This document shows, piece after piece, positions 27,367 to 43,699 of a stretch of 64,000 nucleotides of DNA. Source of the stretch: Octopus vulgaris (lineage: Eukaryota); the NCBI GenBank assembly GCA_951406725.2, contig OX597820.1, forward strand, positions 16,182,001 through 16,246,000, written 5' to 3'. The first letter of the stretch is position 1. The number at the start of each line of letters is the position of its first letter. The notes under the pieces are model-generated. The model made no database searches. It saw only the letters and a list, made by a program, of their open reading frames with translations, and was not told the origin of the DNA. The position numbers and the translations under genes were made by a program.

Positions 27367-27760
27367 AGTGCGTGTATGTGTGTGTGTGTGTGAGTGCGTG
27401 CGTGTATGTGTGTGTGTGAGTGCGTGTGTGTGTGTGTGCAAGTGTGTGTGTATGTGTGTGTGTGAGTGCGTGTGTGTGTGTGTGCGTGCGTGTATGTGTG
27501 TGTGTGTAAGTGCGTGCGTGTATGTGTGTGTGAGTGCGTGTATGTGTGTGTGTAAGCGTGCGTGTATGTGTGTGTGTGTGAGTGCGTGCGTATATGTGTG
27601 TGTCTGAGTGCGAGTGTGTGTGTGTGCATGTGTGTGTGTGTGCCTGCGCGTGTGTGTGTGCGTGCGTGTGTGTGTGTGTGTGTGCGTGTATGTGTGTGTG
27701 AGTGCGTGTGTGTGTGCATGTGTGTGTGAGTGTGCGTGTGTGTGTGTGTGTATATGTGTG
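26010..27760. repeat. Tandem duplication, offset ~932 bp
   Basis: 26010-26342 is nearly identical to 26942-27274, and the following GT-rich compound repeats are also paralogous. Confidence 0.9.
26916..27038 (-). CDS. Candidate 123-nt internal exon (FEGTGNFAGDIDKCSMKGHQRNILTSTARGAHHCLIGTRE), product unknown
   Basis: Acceptor tgtatctctttatcag|G, donor GAAT|gtaagt, length 3n, only one frame open (phase 1-1). Confidence 0.4.
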
Positions 27761-28137
27761 GGTGTTTTAACTTTTATTTGTCTCAGTTATTAGACTCCTG
27801 GTATACTGGGGCATCGCCTTGAAGGGTTATAGTCTTCGAAACAAATCGCCCCCGTTCTTATTATCCTTTTAAAAAGCGCGATACGTATTCTTTGGGTGGG
27901 GTATTTTGCTTATGCCGAACCGCTAGGTTACGAGGATTTAAACAAACTAACACCGGTAAGCCAAGGTGCCAAGTAGTGGGACTGAACTCGAATGTTGGTT
28001 ACGAAGCAAACCACTTATCTTACAGTCACCCTCGCGTGTTTGCATGTGTGTGTATGTATATGTGTGCATGTATGTACATATATATGTATGTATATATACA
28101 TATATGTGGATATATATATTATACGTATACACACACA

Positions 28138-28260
<123 letters not shown>

Positions 28261-28451
28261 TGCAGGCGTGGCTGTGTGGTAAGATGTACGCTTGCCAGCC
28301 ACATGACTCCGGGTTCAGTCCCGCCACGTAGAATCTTGGGCAAGTGTCATTTACTATAGCCTCCGGCCGACCAGAGCTTTGTGACCGGATTTGGTAGACG
28401 GAAACTGAAAGAAGCCCCTCGTATATATATATATATATTTATATATGTGTA

Positions 28452-28486
<35 letters not shown>

Positions 28487-28792
28487 ATTTGTCCCCCCAC
28501 CATCGCTTGACATTCGATGTTGGTGTGTTTACATATTTAAAAATACTTTCTTTCCCCACAGACTAATAATAGGTAAGTTATATCGATTTTTTAAAATACT
28601 TTTATTGTATTTTATAGTAGGTTTTTTTAATGCTTATACTATTTTATTGGATATAACTTTCTATGCGTATTCCATACAATAAGGGTATCCTGAAATAGGA
28701 GTTGTGGTTCTGTTGGTAAAATCCCAAATTTGTAATAATAATTATATATTCATATATATATATATTATTTATATTATGTATATATATGTATG

Positions 28793-29516
<724 letters not shown>

Positions 29517-29885
29517 TCTACATCATCGAATATTGTCAGTGTCACAGGTATTGTCTCAGAGTTTCCCTCTCCCACAGAGATGTAACAAGAGCAGAGGAGC
29601 CTCCCAATCCCAGTGAGCCTGAACACCAACCCAGATATTTCCACGTCCCCCGCATACATACATGCATGCATACACATACGTATGTACACATATTGTTGGC
29701 TGGCCGTTGACATACATACATACATAGAAACAAACATATGTACATACATAGTGGGATAGTAAAGCAGACAGGCAAACGAACAGACACATAGACAGACAGG
29801 CAGACAGACAAACAGACAGACTGACAGACAGACAGACAGACATACAGACAGACCGGCAGACAGAGAGACAGAGAGACAGACAGAC

Positions 29886-29964
<79 letters not shown>

Positions 29965-30031
29965 CAGACAGATAAAGATAGATAAATAGATAGATAGATA
30001 GATAGATAGATAAAGATAGATAGATAGATAT

Positions 30032-30071
<40 letters not shown>

Positions 30072-30091
30072 ATAGATAGATAGATAGATAT

Positions 30092-30162
<71 letters not shown>

Positions 30163-30942
30163 TATAGATTAAGAGAATAGACTCAATTGTTATATTTCCA
30201 CCCGTTGAAACATACACCATAATGTAAAACGATCAAGATCAATCAGGTGACCGTTTAATAACCCCATTTCCGGTCATTAACTTCCTTTCCCACATTACTC
30301 CACCCTGGCTCGTTATTCCCCTCTTTATCTGTTACATAGTTTTATTTACTTATTCATGAACAGAAGCATGGTGAAAGGGTCAAGAAATACTATTCGCCAT
30401 CTTGAGGTTTTGAGTTTCAAACCGTTGTATGTCATCAGAGTCACCTATCTTTTACGGGTGGGGGCTGAATAATTCCTGGTTTTAAGGGTATCGCAAAAGG
30501 TCTTATTGGTGGCCCAACCTTGCGAGTTCTTTCCCTGGGCTTAGAAAAACTGAAGGACCGCTGCCATAAGTGTGAAGCTGAGTGGGAATTGCTTGTTCGT
30601 TCTCGAGCCACGACTGGCTCATAAGGACCGGTTTCCCGGTTTCTTTGTCGTATAGGTTCCCCACCTGGACGGGACGCCGTTCCGTCGCAGGTGAGCTGCA
30701 AGATGCAGGAGGAAAGAGTGATAGAAAGTTGTGGCGAAAAGTCAGCAGAAGTTCGCCATTACCTTCTGCCGGAGCCTCTAGGAGCTTAGGTCTTTCGCTC
30801 AGGGCAATCCTCAGCTGCACAAAGACATAGAATTTAATTAAATTAGAACAAATGGACACATTAGTATAATTATACCTAAAATCTCCAAGAAGTTAAGGAG
30901 ATAGACAAAGAACATGTCGTCTCTACTTCAGCATCACCTTAC

Positions 30943-31005
30943 TTTGAAATTGTATGGATACTATCGCACTAAATTCTGGTGCCTCAACTTCAGTACCATA
31001 TTTAT
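30943..31005 (-). CDS. Candidate 63-nt internal exon (KYGTEVEAPEFSAIVSIQFQ)
   Basis: aaattcag|AT.. and CAAA|gtaagg; phase 1-1, in frame with the 27038-26916 exon; acceptor is pyrimidine-poor. Confidence 0.3.
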
Positions 31006-31044
31006 CTGAATTTAAATTTTTGCTGAACTCATCTACCATACCCA

Positions 31045-31111
<67 letters not shown>

Positions 31112-31158
31112 TAAATGAAAGAATGGAGTCGAACGACGATTTTAACAAAATTCCTTTA

Positions 31159-31241
31159 CTCTCGACACATGTTTCGAAGGCTGCATATTCCTAATTCCGA
31201 AGGAATAAAGGGTGCATTATGCCGCCTTCTCATCAGGAAAG
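31159..31241 (-). ncRNA. Type I hammerhead with extended helix II
   Basis: ctttc-CTGATGA-gaaggc(42 nt)gccttc-GAAA-catgtg-TC-gagag; canonical core and GUC site. Confidence 0.82.
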
Positions 31242-31329
31242 ACAAGGAACTTATGTCAGCACCATGAAGAGCAAAAACTTTTAGATGACTGCCCACATTA
31301 TGTCCACTGTAATAATGAGTGTTTCTTTA

Positions 31330-31366
<37 letters not shown>

Positions 31367-31424
31367 TTTTACACATTTCAACCCAAGGCCTGTAGCCATG
31401 CTGGAGGCACCGCCAGTGTAATCA

Positions 31425-31840
31425 CCTTTTCAATGGCCATTTTTATGCGATTGACTTTTGGTGACTACTACCCTTTTTTTTGAGTTTCTTGACGCGATAT
31501 AGGTTTAATTGGGACCTTAGACAGCAGGAGGTCAAGATGCTCCTTAAAAACATCTACTCCTACTCAGTGAAGGTCTTTCAGATGTTTTAGCAAGGCATTA
31601 AATAGCTGTTGGCCCTTGAATCCCAAGCTACTGCAGTACATGGTCCTCACTTTAAATGGATTAGCTTGGAGCTTTGGAACAATGCAGTGGTGTCCAGTTC
31701 GGGGGCTGGTATAGCTTACGGTACAAACGTTTGGTGCCAGCCCCTTCAGGACCTTCCATACGTGAATTCCTGCATACCCTTCACGTCTTCGCCCCAGGGA
31801 GTAGAGTCGTAGCTCTCTCACTCACTTCCTGTAGCTCATG
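31425..31840 (-). mobile_element. CR1/L2-superfamily-like LINE 3' fragment, degenerate
   Basis: ELRLYSLGRRRE..VWKVLKGLAPN..GQQLFNAL, typical of the C-terminal end of LINE ORF2. Confidence 0.75.
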
Positions 31841-31844
31841 TATA

Positions 31845-31902
<58 letters not shown>

Positions 31903-32009
31903 TGTGTGTCTATGTATGTATGCATGTTTGTATGTATATTGTTATATTTAGGGAGTGTTATACGTTTTCCAACTAAACGCACGTACTATATACTAAGTTT
32001 TCACTTGAA

Positions 32010-34058
<2,049 letters not shown>

Positions 34059-34060
34059 TG

Positions 34061-34151
<91 letters not shown>

Positions 34152-34243
34152 TGATGATGATGATAATAATAATAATAATAATAATGATGATGATGATAAT
34201 AATAATAATAATTATTATTATTATAATTATAATAAAAATAATA

Positions 34244-34277
<34 letters not shown>

Positions 34278-34281
34278 CAAC

Positions 34282-34327
<46 letters not shown>

Positions 34328-34390
34328 GCAATAATAATAATAATAATAATTATTATAATTATAATAAAAATAATAATAATGATAATAATG

Positions 34391-34484
<94 letters not shown>

Positions 34485-34489
34485 TAGAG

Positions 34490-35215
34490 CTGCACAATAT
34501 ATTCACTGGGTAATCTGTAAAAACCTGGATTTGCCCCATGAAAAAAACTGGTGGGAACACAAACCACCCCCAGTGCTTGAAAATGACCACATCTCACTCC
34601 TCTGGAACTTCACCATTCAAACTGACAGGAAGATAGATGCAAATAGGCCAGACATCATATTGAAAAACTTCAAACAAAGAACATGCCTCCTCATTGATAT
34701 GACTGTCCCAATCGATATAAACGTATCTGTCAAGACCTACCAAAAACTGAGCAAATATAAAGATCTTGAAATAGAAATCAGCAAAATGTGGAAGCTGAAG
34801 ACTAAAACAATACCTGTTGTCATAGGTGCCCTGGGAATGATAGCAAAAGGGGCTGATAGCTACCTAACTCAGATACCAGGAAACCCAAAAATGGCAGAAG
34901 TTCAAAAGATAGTGCTCATGGGAACTGCTCATATCCTACGCAAAATACTCTCTATGTAATCTCAAGGTTTAAAACAAACATAATTTTCGGTTTAAAAAAA
35001 AAAAAAAAAAAAAAAACCTTTTTTTTTTAGACATTCATTAGTACAACATCCCCACCCCCCAAATATATGGCACACTAGGCATAACAACAACATGAACTTC
35101 CAACCCTGTTGTCTCTTGAGGTCTCTGGGTGAGACTTGGAGCCAACTTGTACAAATATAAAGCAAAAGTCAAACATAGAATAATAATAATAATAATAATA
35201 ACAATAATAATAATA
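34490..35215 (+). mobile_element. RLE-clade (R4/Dong-like) LINE 3' end with intact endonuclease domain, 3' UTR and (AAT)n tail
   Basis: ORF 34531-34959: LLWNFTIQTDRKIDANRPDII..LIDMTVP..KLSKYKDL; flanked by (AAT)n. Confidence 0.92.
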
Positions 35216-35630
35216 ATAAGAGCATCACAACAAATCACAGCACATACCCAAAGCATACAGAGCTGCGCTCGTTAGTGCAGTGAAAGCGCATGATAAAAAT
35301 AAGACTTACTGTATAGTAATAGCAACAACAACAATAATGATAATAATATTAAAGTTGAAATGAAGACCGAGTATATAATGAATGTGTTTAATTGGCAAAA
35401 ATAAGACCATCCCCAAATATAACGATATCTGTTTCAACGATTTCATATCTGGAATCTTGTAAAGCAAATATATAAACGTGTGTGTGTGTGTGTGTGTGTG
35501 CATCACATAGGTCGGGTGATGCAAACAGGAAAAATAGAACTCAAAACATGAGAATGTATTTATTTTTATTCAAATGCAGCAGAAGCGACAGAGTGACTGA
35601 AGGGCCGAGTGTTTTGCATGTTAGCTTTTA

Positions 35631-35675
35631 TCAAAAGTCTGATGAGTTCTAACGCACGAAACTCTTGTCCCTTGA
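35631..35675 (+). ncRNA. Degenerate hammerhead motif
   Basis: tcaaaagt-CTGATGA-gttctaacgcac-GAAA-ctcttg-TC-ccttga; core intact, helices imperfect. Confidence 0.5.
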
Positions 35676-35725
35676 GTCGCCGTTACTTCTTTTATCGATT
35701 CCCGGACCAGGTTGTGTGTTGTATG

Positions 35726-36094
35726 TGGAGGCGCAATGGCCCAGTGGTTAGGGCAGCGGACTCGCGGTTTCGATTCCCAGACCGGGCGTTGTGAGTGTTT
35801 ATTGAGCGAAAACACCTAAAAGCTCCACGAGGCTCCGGCAGGGGATGGTGGTGATCCCTGCTGTACTCTTTCACCACAACTTTCTCTCACTCTTACTTCC
35901 TGTTTCTGTTGTACCTGTATTTCAAAGGGCCGGTCTTGTCACTCTCTGTGTCACGCTGAATATCCCCGAGAACTACGTTAAGGGTACACGTGTCTGTGGA
36001 GTGCTCAGCCACTTACACGTTAATTTCACGAGCAGGCTGTTCCGTTGATCGGATCAACCGGAACCCTCGTCGTCGTAACCGACGGAGTGCTTCC
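35726..36094 (+). mobile_element. Family C SINE
   Basis: Near-identical to 8450-8838 with a short deletion in the tRNA head. Confidence 0.9.
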
Positions 36095-36734
36095 ACTGTG
36101 TGTTGTGTTCTTGAGCAAGACATCTTATTTTCAGGTTACTCCACATTACTGATCTGTAGAAATGAGTTGGGATGTCACTGGTGCCAAGTTGTATCGGATA
36201 TTTCAAAATAGCATTAAATAATGTATAAACATGCGCGCGCACACACACACTGACACACACACACACACACACACGAGCGAATCGAATATAAACGAACGAC
36301 AAAGACTAGTCATCATTGTTTCTTTGTCTCGTTTCACTACATTTGTTTATAATTATAGATGCGGTGCTCTATCAAATTGTCTATGCTAAGGGTCAATAAC
36401 AATTAGTCAAAACTCAACGTTGGATTAGAGGAAATATTAACAATGACAAATAGTAAACAAATGAAAATAATATCAGTGATGATAATAATGATAATGAAAG
36501 GAAGCGGTTGGTATCTCTCCATGTCCTAACTGATGATACATCTAGTGATAGTGTCATAATAAAAACACTGGTAAATGCGCAACCTGATAATCGCTACCTC
36601 ATATGAGTGACAATGAAAAAACAAAATATTGTGAATAACGGTGGTAATGAAACAGAAGCCTTTGATGGTGACAGTGTTGCACCCGGTAGGCTCAGAGATC
36701 TGGTTCGAAGAGGATAACTAACTTAACCATGTCA

Positions 36735-38200
36735 TCAATTGATTATCGTAGGGCGTACGATATGATACCACATTCTTGGATTATGGAATGTATGAACCTA
36801 TTTTGTAGAGTATCGAATACGGAGCGATTGATTGGAAAGAATATGACGAAGTGAAGGAGGGAACTGACAGCCTATGGAAGAAGTTTAGGGACAATAGAAA
36901 TCAGGAGAGGCATCTTCCAAGGGGACTGCCTGTCCCCACTGATCTTTGTACTGTGTATGATACCACTAACACTGATTCTGAGGAAAGCAAAGGCTGGGCA
37001 TGTACTCCAGAGCCGCCCACAATATGTCAACCACTTGTTATTCGTGGATGACCTCAAAATTTATGGTAAAGATGAAGCCCAAATTGATACAGTGTATACT
37101 TTCAGTGCTGATATCAGAATGGCGTTCGGACTGAGAAAGTGTATGTTAGTCTTGAAGAGAGGCAAAATCAAATGTATGGAAAAGTTAGCGGTACCGTCGG
37201 GGGAGGTTATGAAGCAGATAGAAGAGGGAGGCTATAAGTATTTAGGGATATTGGAAATGAATAAATTGATGGAAAAAGAAATGACAGAATAATTTAAGGT
37301 GGACTACTTGCGCAGACTGAAACTGATCCTTAAGTCGAAATTAACCGGACCGAATAAGATTGAAGCTATCAACATGTGGGAAGTTTCACTCCTTAGATGT
37401 GGAACAGGGATAATCGCATGGACAGTAGACGAACTAAACAGCTTAGACAAAAAGACAAGGACGTTATTGACTATATATGGGATACTCTACCCTAAAAGTG
37501 ACACAGACAGACAGCATGTACTAAGAAAAAGAGGGGGAAGAGGACTGATTGGATGCGAACACAGCATTAGAGCAGGAGAAAACAACATAGCTTGGTATGT
37601 AAAAATGCCACAGAACCGTTATTATTAGAAGTAAGGTAAGACTTGTGTAGAGTGGAAGATTGCAAAGATAAAGCGCTGTACAAGGACTTGAGAACGAATG
37701 AAACTGAAAATAGGTGGATAAAGAAAAGAATGCATGGACAATTACATTGAGATGTTGAATATAAGACAGACAGAGAAAGAAGATGGCTATGGACGACTAA
37801 AAGTGATTTAAAACTGGAAATGGAGGCTCTAGTCTGTGCTGCCCAAGAGCAAGCATTAAGAACCAATCACATAAAATACAGAATAGACAACACATCAGAA
37901 AGTGGTAAGTGCAGAATTTGCGGACAAAGTGGTGAAACCGTATGGCATATTACCAGTCAATGTTCGCCACTAGCCCAGAAAGAATATAAAAGGCGTCATG
38001 ACAATATAGCAAGGATTGTCCATGGGACATTTTGCAACAAGTGTGGACTTGACAGAGCAAAAAAAGTTGTACGAACATAAACCCGAAGGCGTCATCGAAA
38101 ATGATAATGCAAGGATCCTATGGGATTTTATGATTCTGTGCGACCACGAGACAAAGAATATGAAACCAGACATAGTGCTGATTGAGAAAGAAAGCAAACG
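36735..38200 (+). mobile_element. Degenerate RLE-clade LINE: reverse transcriptase, zinc knuckle and endonuclease
   Basis: IDYRRAYDMIPHSW, HLLFVDDLKIY, YKYLGI, RGGRGL, AAQEQAL, CRICG..ETVWHI..C, ILWDF..KPDIV, spread over several frames. Confidence 0.93.
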
Positions 38201-38630
38201 TTAACACGCCGGGTGAAATGCTTCATCGTATTTCGTTCTGAGTTCAAATTCCGCCGAGGTCGACTTTACTCTTCATCCTTTCGGGGTCGATAAATTAAGT
38301 ACTAGTTGCTTACTGGGGTCGATCTAATCAACTAGCCCTCTCCTCCAAAATTTCAAGCCTTCTCTGCCTTAAGTAAAAAAAAACACATTCTTCGTCACAC
38401 TCACACACAAACCCTCAGACAAACGCGCGCACGCGCACACACACAACCCAGCCTGGGGGGGGGCAAAACTCAGAGGAGCCTGTCAACTTCTGATATATTA
38501 AGCATATCTATCCACTCCATTCAACACATTGAGTGTAAAATGTAATTTTAATATACTTTATAACTTACTTTACTATATACACACATATACATACATACAT
38601 ACATACAAGCATAAACATTTGTGTGTATCA

Positions 38631-38662
<32 letters not shown>

Positions 38663-38683
38663 TACATATAATATATATATATA

Positions 38684-38727
<44 letters not shown>

Positions 38728-40610
38728 ATATATATATATAATATATACATATATTATAAGTAATATATATATATATATATTAATATAAGTATATATATAT
38801 ATATATATATTAATATAAGTATATATATATATATATATATATATTAATATATTAATGTAAGTACGTATGTGTGTAAGCACACGATATACTTGACACAGGA
38901 GTCAAGTACATACACGAGAGTATTGAAGTACTTCTCTTCTTCCATCGACTTTAAGATGCATAACTGTCTCTTGGTTATAGACTTATGGCAGGCGTGTGTA
39001 TGTGTGGGGTGTTTTCACTGTTTATGCATATTGGCATTCGAGCATGTGTCTATGTGTGTGTGTGTGTGTGTCTTTGTATGTGTATATATGTGTATATATA
39101 TGCGTAAGTGCAAATTTGTAAGTTCGGGTGTGAGGTTGTCTCTTTTGAGTCCATGTGCATGCCTGGGTATATTTTTATGTGTTTGTGTGGGTTTAGAAAT
39201 AATTGAAACCTCTGTCTGACCTCCATGCCTGGAATAATTTATGTTTACCCTGCTAAACAAGCGACGTAATGACCTTGTTTACATAGGATAGGCCATGACT
39301 AGTACTTCTCGAGAGTTTTTAACGGCTTACTCACGTATAAACGACCAACGGTATCAGCAACACCAGCTGATGACGTCATACTTCCCGACCGCCACTTTAT
39401 CTTCCATTTGTGGAAGTAACATTAAAGTTTCCTCTAAACTTATGCTACATACGAGAACTTTTCAGCACACTCACGAGTGTGTGTCTCTGTGTGTATATAT
39501 ATATATCTATTTCTCTATTACCCACAAGGGGCTAAACATAGAGGAGACAAACAAGGACAGACATAGGTATTATGTCGATTACATCGACCCCAGTGCGTAA
39601 CTAGTACTTAATTTATCGACCCCGAAAGGATGAAAGGCAAAGTCGACCTCGGCGGAATTTGAACTCACAATGTAATGGCAGACGAAGAGCCGCAAAACAT
39701 TTCGCCCGGTGTGCTAACGCTTCTGCTAGCTCGCCGCCTTTTGTATGTATATATATATATATATATCGTGGCACTCCGGCGGTTACGACGACGAAGGTTC
39801 CAGTTGATCCGATGAACGGAACAGCCTGCTCAAGAAATTAACATGCAAGTAGCTGAGCACTCCACAGACATGTGTACCCCTTAACATAGTTTTCGGGGAG
39901 ATTCAGCGTGATACAAGTCTTATATATGAAATCGGGCTTATATTACATGCCCGACTTCATATATAAGACCTAAATTAATTCTTTGCTTGCGTTGTATATG
40001 CTGTGAAATATGTATTTAAATATGGAGTATCAAAAAAATATATCTAACGAGAACTACACTATTCGTTAATGATAAATATTATTAAAAGAGCTACTTTAAC
40101 TATTAAAAGCAAACACATACACACGCACACACGCACACACGCACACACACAAAGTTATTATTTCCCACTTTCAGTTACTTCCTGAGGTCACAGAAGTTTC
40201 GTCACCCAACTGCGAGCCAATCATTGATACATTTTTTACCGCAGCTTTGAAATGTAGCGATCATCGATCAATGTCAGAGTAGTTCTGTTTCGGAGACCAG
40301 GTCACGGAAACGCAAATTTAAGTTTTTCTTGTGTTTATAAACAGCTAAAATGGTTCTTCTATGATGTAAAGTAAATGTACCTCTGTCAGAAGAGTAGCCA
40401 CAGGGGGTGGGGGCGAAGAGGTGAGGGGAGGATTGAGTAACGGGAAGGAGAGGCACACACACATACACATATATGTGTGTATGTGTGTGTGTGTGTGTGT
40501 GTGCAAAGGCACTTGGTTATATATATATATATAACTAATTAAAAAAAGAAAGACACAAGAAAAAACAGCGCGAAGAGGTGGTGAAAGACGTTCAGGGAAG
40601 GAAAGAAAGG

Positions 40611-40649
40611 TTGTTTTACGTTTCGAGCAAAGTTCTTCTTCAGAAACAA
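40611..40649 (-). ncRNA. Minimal type I hammerhead in a Penelope-like end (40540-40716)
   Basis: ttgttt-CTGAAGA-agaactttgctc-GAAA-cg-TA-aaacaa; perfect 6-bp helix I and palindromic ACGT helix III. Confidence 0.75.
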
Positions 40650-40714
40650 GAGAAAGAGGAAAGGAAACCGGAGGGAAAAATCGGCAACAACCCAGATGTA
40701 GTTACATTTTGTAG

Positions 40715-40755
<41 letters not shown>

Positions 40756-40819
40756 TACACATATACATACATACACACACACATATATACATATTCTTTT
40801 GTTGTCACATTATTATTAT

Positions 40820-40844
<25 letters not shown>

Positions 40845-40856
<12 letters not shown>

Positions 40857-41045
40857 AAATCCGTTCTGTCTCTGTGTGTGTCTTCTAGGATCTCGGGCAT
40901 CCTCCATCCGATTACGCTCAAATTTGAAATGTAGATACCGACGGTACCAAGTCGAGCATAAGTCTTGAAAAAATTACAAAAATCGATTCCAGGTGAGAAT
41001 GCGATCGATAAAGCCATAGGAACGTGCATTTGTACGCGCAAGTAC
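40845..41045 (+). mobile_element. Probable 5' part of a second Helitron family
   Basis: tatataaaa..tctgtctctgtgtgtgtc..ccgattacgctcaaattt, same 5' layout as the Helitron starting at 63372; no 3' end seen. Confidence 0.45.
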
Positions 41046-41654
41046 ATCAGCTGTTGCGATCTATACTACGCGTACGCGAGAAAAATTTATACTAAATCAG
41101 TGTTTCTCAAAAGAGAGGCCTAGTCGGACAAGTTGTTTTGAGAAAATTTGGTTTAAATGTCCGACAACTCAGCACCGTCCATTGGACGGAGGGCGTTTTG
41201 CTCGTATATATTATATATACGTACGTATGTATTCTAGATATAATTATAAGTTTTCACCGTATATTAACAATAGAAAATGGCCTAATATTAGGACATATAT
41301 TCATTCACGTCGGTCTTCAACACAGTTTCCGCGAATAAACCCGTTCACAAGGCACTAGTCAATCCGAGGCCATAATAGAAGACACTTGCTTAAGGGGCCG
41401 CACAGTGGGACTAAACCTGGAACCTCATCGTTTCAAAACAAGCTTCTTGACCGCAGCTATACCCGCACAGCTATACCCGCGTCTCCGAAATATCTTCTGT
41501 TATAAGGCTGTGTACAGTAACCATTACAGAAATCATCTCGGCTAAGTTTCGGACTATTTTTGGTTTCATCAGCGAAGCGTAGTTTTTACTGAACTGCTCG
41601 ATGTATTGATATAAGAATCAAGAACCAAATGCACAAGATTCCATATTTTTGTTA

Positions 41655-42110
41655 GAGGCACAGACGCAGCTGTGTGGTAAGAAGTTTGATTTCCAACCAC
41701 ATGGTTCGGGTACAGTCACACTACGTGGTACCTTCGGCAAGTGTCTTCTACTATAGCCTCCGGCCGACCAAAACCTTGTGAGTGGATTTGGCGGACGGAA
41801 ACTGAAAGAAGTCTGTCGTATATGTGCATGTGAGAGAGAGCGTGTGTGTGTATGTGAGTTTTTGTGTGTTTGTGTGTGTGTGTGTGTGTGTGTATCTTTA
41901 TGTTTGTGTTTGTCCCCCACCACCACCGCCTGACAACCAGTTTTGGTGTGTTTACATCCCAATAGCTTAGCGGTTCGGTGATACAGACCGATATAATGAG
42001 TACCAGGCTTTAAAAGAAAAAAATGTACTGGAGGTCAATTGCTTCGGCTAAGAATTCTTGGAAGTGGTGCTCCAGCATGGCCACAGTGTCAAGACAAGTA
42101 AAAGATAAAA
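41655..42110 (+). mobile_element. Family B SINE
   Basis: Similarity to 12440-12835 and 52165-52557. Confidence 0.85.
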
Positions 42111-42432
42111 TAGGACATATAGGAAAATAGAATCGTTTACAGGAATTAAAATATTTCAAAGACAACATCCGCAAGAAAAATAATATCTAAGTCAAATGGA
42201 ATTTCGTCCCATTACAAATGATATCAATCTTAATCGCATTTTCCTTTTATATTCTCAATATTTAGTTTCAGAGGCACTCCTGGGGAGAGAGTCTGGGTCG
42301 AGTCGTAATGAAGCTAGTGATGACATATTTAATGCAGAGAATATTAAAATATTAACTAGGAACTGGCGAGATGAAAATAATACCGAAATTACTCAATGTT
42401 TACTATTAACTATTTTATTCAATACGAAAGAC

Positions 42433-42477
42433 AACTCCGAGCGTGTTTCGGTTATATTATGACCTCATCAGTGAGTT
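42433..42477 (-). ncRNA. Hammerhead motif, partly degenerate
   Basis: aactca-CTGATGA-ggtcat aat ataacc-GAAA-cacgc-TC-ggagtt. Confidence 0.6.
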
Positions 42478-43284
42478 TTAGACATCGCTGGATTTACTGA
42501 AGTTGAAACGTTAGAATTATCAAATAAATGTTCAGATATGAGTGTGTTGTTAAGAAGCTCGTTTTGCAATGACATGGTTTAGGGTTTAGTCCCATTATGT
42601 GTGTGGCAACTTGGGCATGTGTAATTTCAATAATCCTTGGCCGAATAATGTAAACTTGGTGGGAGGAAACTGTATGGAGGCCTATCGTGTATATGTGTAT
42701 GGAGATGTATATGTGTGTGTGGTTATGCCTGTTTTTGTCGTCCCCCAAACACCCCTTGACAAATGGCGAGGATAGAATGTTGGCGAAAGGATTTAATATA
42801 TTACATCGACCCAGTACCCAACTGTTACTGAGGAATTTCAACCAGGTTTCGTGGTCTGCTACCACAACAGCTCCTTTATAGGATTCGGTTAGCTCAAGAC
42901 ATCATCAGGAGGAACCACATCCGGTTTCGGTCCCTACTCCTCTACTGTTTTGACGTGGCGGGGTCCCCCCTTTCGAAGGTGTCTTCAGCTCTGGTACTTG
43001 TCTTCCTTCTTCTTTTTTCTGTTCCCTGGCCTCTTCGATGTAGCGTCAACGAGTGTCAGCGGGCGACTACCTGTCTTGTCAAATTTCCCTTTAAATACCT
43101 GCTGCTAGGCTCCAGCAGGCAACCCAGCAAGTTGTCACGTTACACTGTCTAAACTTTTACTTATTTTATCGATTCCGAAAGGATGAAAGTCAAAGTCGAC
43201 CACGAAGGAATTTGAACTCAGAACATAAAGACGGACAAAATGCCGCTAAGCAAGCTGCTAGGCGTGCTCACGCTTCTGCCAGCT

Positions 43285-43688
43285 CATCATCATCATCATT
43301 GTTCGACCGTGGTCGAGACAATGGAATTTACTATGCTACTCCAGACTTCACGGTCCATCATGGCATTACGGAGGTCCTGTTGCTGGATGCCTGTGTCCCT
43401 GGAGATTACATCAGGGTAGGAGAGTGTGCGCCCTCTGGTATTGCGAGTAGATGGCTTCCAGAGGAGAAGAGTAGAAATTACCTCTTTTTCAGCTCTACAA
43501 CAATGTCCAGTAAACTGGACTCTCTTACCTTTCACAAGAGATGACAGAGGTGGTAGTTTCCCATATATTTGCATTTTGGTTGGATGGCGCTTCCACGAGA
43601 GATTTTGAGCTCTCATAAGGAGGCGAGTGTAGGTTCCATCCAACCGCCTCTCAAGCATCTTTGATAACGTCCAGTTTTCTGAGTCACC
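43285..43688 (-). mobile_element. RTE-clade LINE 3' end with (ATG)n tail
   Basis: SENWTL..RLDGTYTRLL..LSW..FTGHC.R..LLLWKP..RGR..AMMDREVW. Confidence 0.88.
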
Positions 43689-43699
43689 AATAATAATAA

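Noticed and set aside
30395-30445. Minus-strand CTGATGA..GAAA
   Set aside because: No pairing for helices II or III and no UH followed by helix I.
39330-39445. Possible minus-strand exon with gtgagt donor
   Set aside because: Weak acceptor and stops in all frames from the candidate acceptors.
41540-41580. Minus-strand CTGATGA..GAAA-cttag
   Set aside because: Cleavage triplet and helices too degraded. Similar remnants at ~3227, 5190-5235, 12210, 13090, 45968, 56185, 56935 and 58170 are probably decayed PLE ends but were not called.
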